DNA from: Callorhinchus milii
Taxonomy: Eukaryota
Length of the DNA stretch: 64,000 bases
Direction: 5' to 3'
Assembly (NCBI RefSeq): GCF_018977255.1
Contig: NW_024704742.1
Location: 71,116,001-71,180,000 of the forward strand
The notes under the pieces are model-generated. The model searched no databases. It saw nothing but the letters and a program-made list of their open reading frames with translations, and was not told the origin of the DNA. The first letter of the stretch is position 1, and every line of letters begins with the position of its first letter. Below, one piece after another: positions 63,546-64,000 of this stretch. The translations under genes and the position numbers were made by a program.

Positions 63546-64000
63546 TCAGATGCTGGAGCCTACTGAGTGGAGGAAGTAGACAGGTTGATAAGGGGTTAGC
63601 AGATCAGAGAGGGAGGAAGGAGTAAGGCTGTGGAGGGCCTTGAAAGTGAGAACGATAATTTTGAACTCAATCCTTTGAGGGATGTGGAGCCAATGGAGCC
63701 TGGTGAGGGTGGGGATGATGGGGTCATGGAGCCTAGTGCAGGAGAAGACACAAGCTGCAGAGTTCTGGATGATCTGCAGTTTGTGGAGGGAAGAGTTGGG
63801 AAGGCCGACAAGCAGAGGGTTGGCATAGTCGAGCCTTGGTTGTAATGAAGGCATGTTTGAGGGTTTCGGCGGGCTAAGGGTTGAGGCAGTGGCAGAGTCG
63901 GGCGATTTTGCAGAGGTAGGGGATGGTAGAGTGGGTCATGGCATGTATATGTGGGAGAAAGGACAGTTGAGGGTCAAACAAGACACCTAAGTTCTTTGCC
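63546..64000 (-). mobile_element. L2 ORF2 fragment (continues beyond window)
   Basis: RLDYANPLLVGLPNSSLHKLQIIQNSAA...LHWLHIPQRIEFKIIVLTFKALH. Confidence 0.92.

Overview
Non-coding, repeat-saturated vertebrate genomic DNA. The repeat content suggests a cartilaginous fish, probably a chimaera/holocephalan (inference): L2 and CR1 LINE fragments, SacSINE1-like Deu-domain SINEs, an abundant tRNA(Ala)-headed CORE-like SINE with an L2-type tail, and shark-type minisatellites. No intact host gene is recognisable. The ORF track is almost entirely repeat or low-complexity read-through. The only real coding signal is broken LINE ORF2/reverse transcriptase plus two weak candidate exons. Main structures: (1) a giant near-perfect inverted duplication, 1-7713 vs 12220-19925 (left arm runs off the window), around a 4.5-kb spacer; (2) inside the otherwise near-identical arms, one SINE whose body is a different, clearly diverged copy in each arm, i.e. 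apparent ectopic SINE gene conversion; (3) a Penelope-like terminal-repeat remnant with a minimal hammerhead ribozyme (44781-44819, minus strand), with two apparently independent insertions at the same site in two different SINE copies; (4) an unclassified dispersed repeat with a conserved 78-nt hairpin; (5) a minisatellite amplified from a CR1 3' UTR; (6) an L2 copy that looks like a low-quality consensus, a caution about assembly quality. Family names come from motif recognition, not database searches. Repeat boundaries are approximate unless stated, and the feature list is representative rather than exhaustive.
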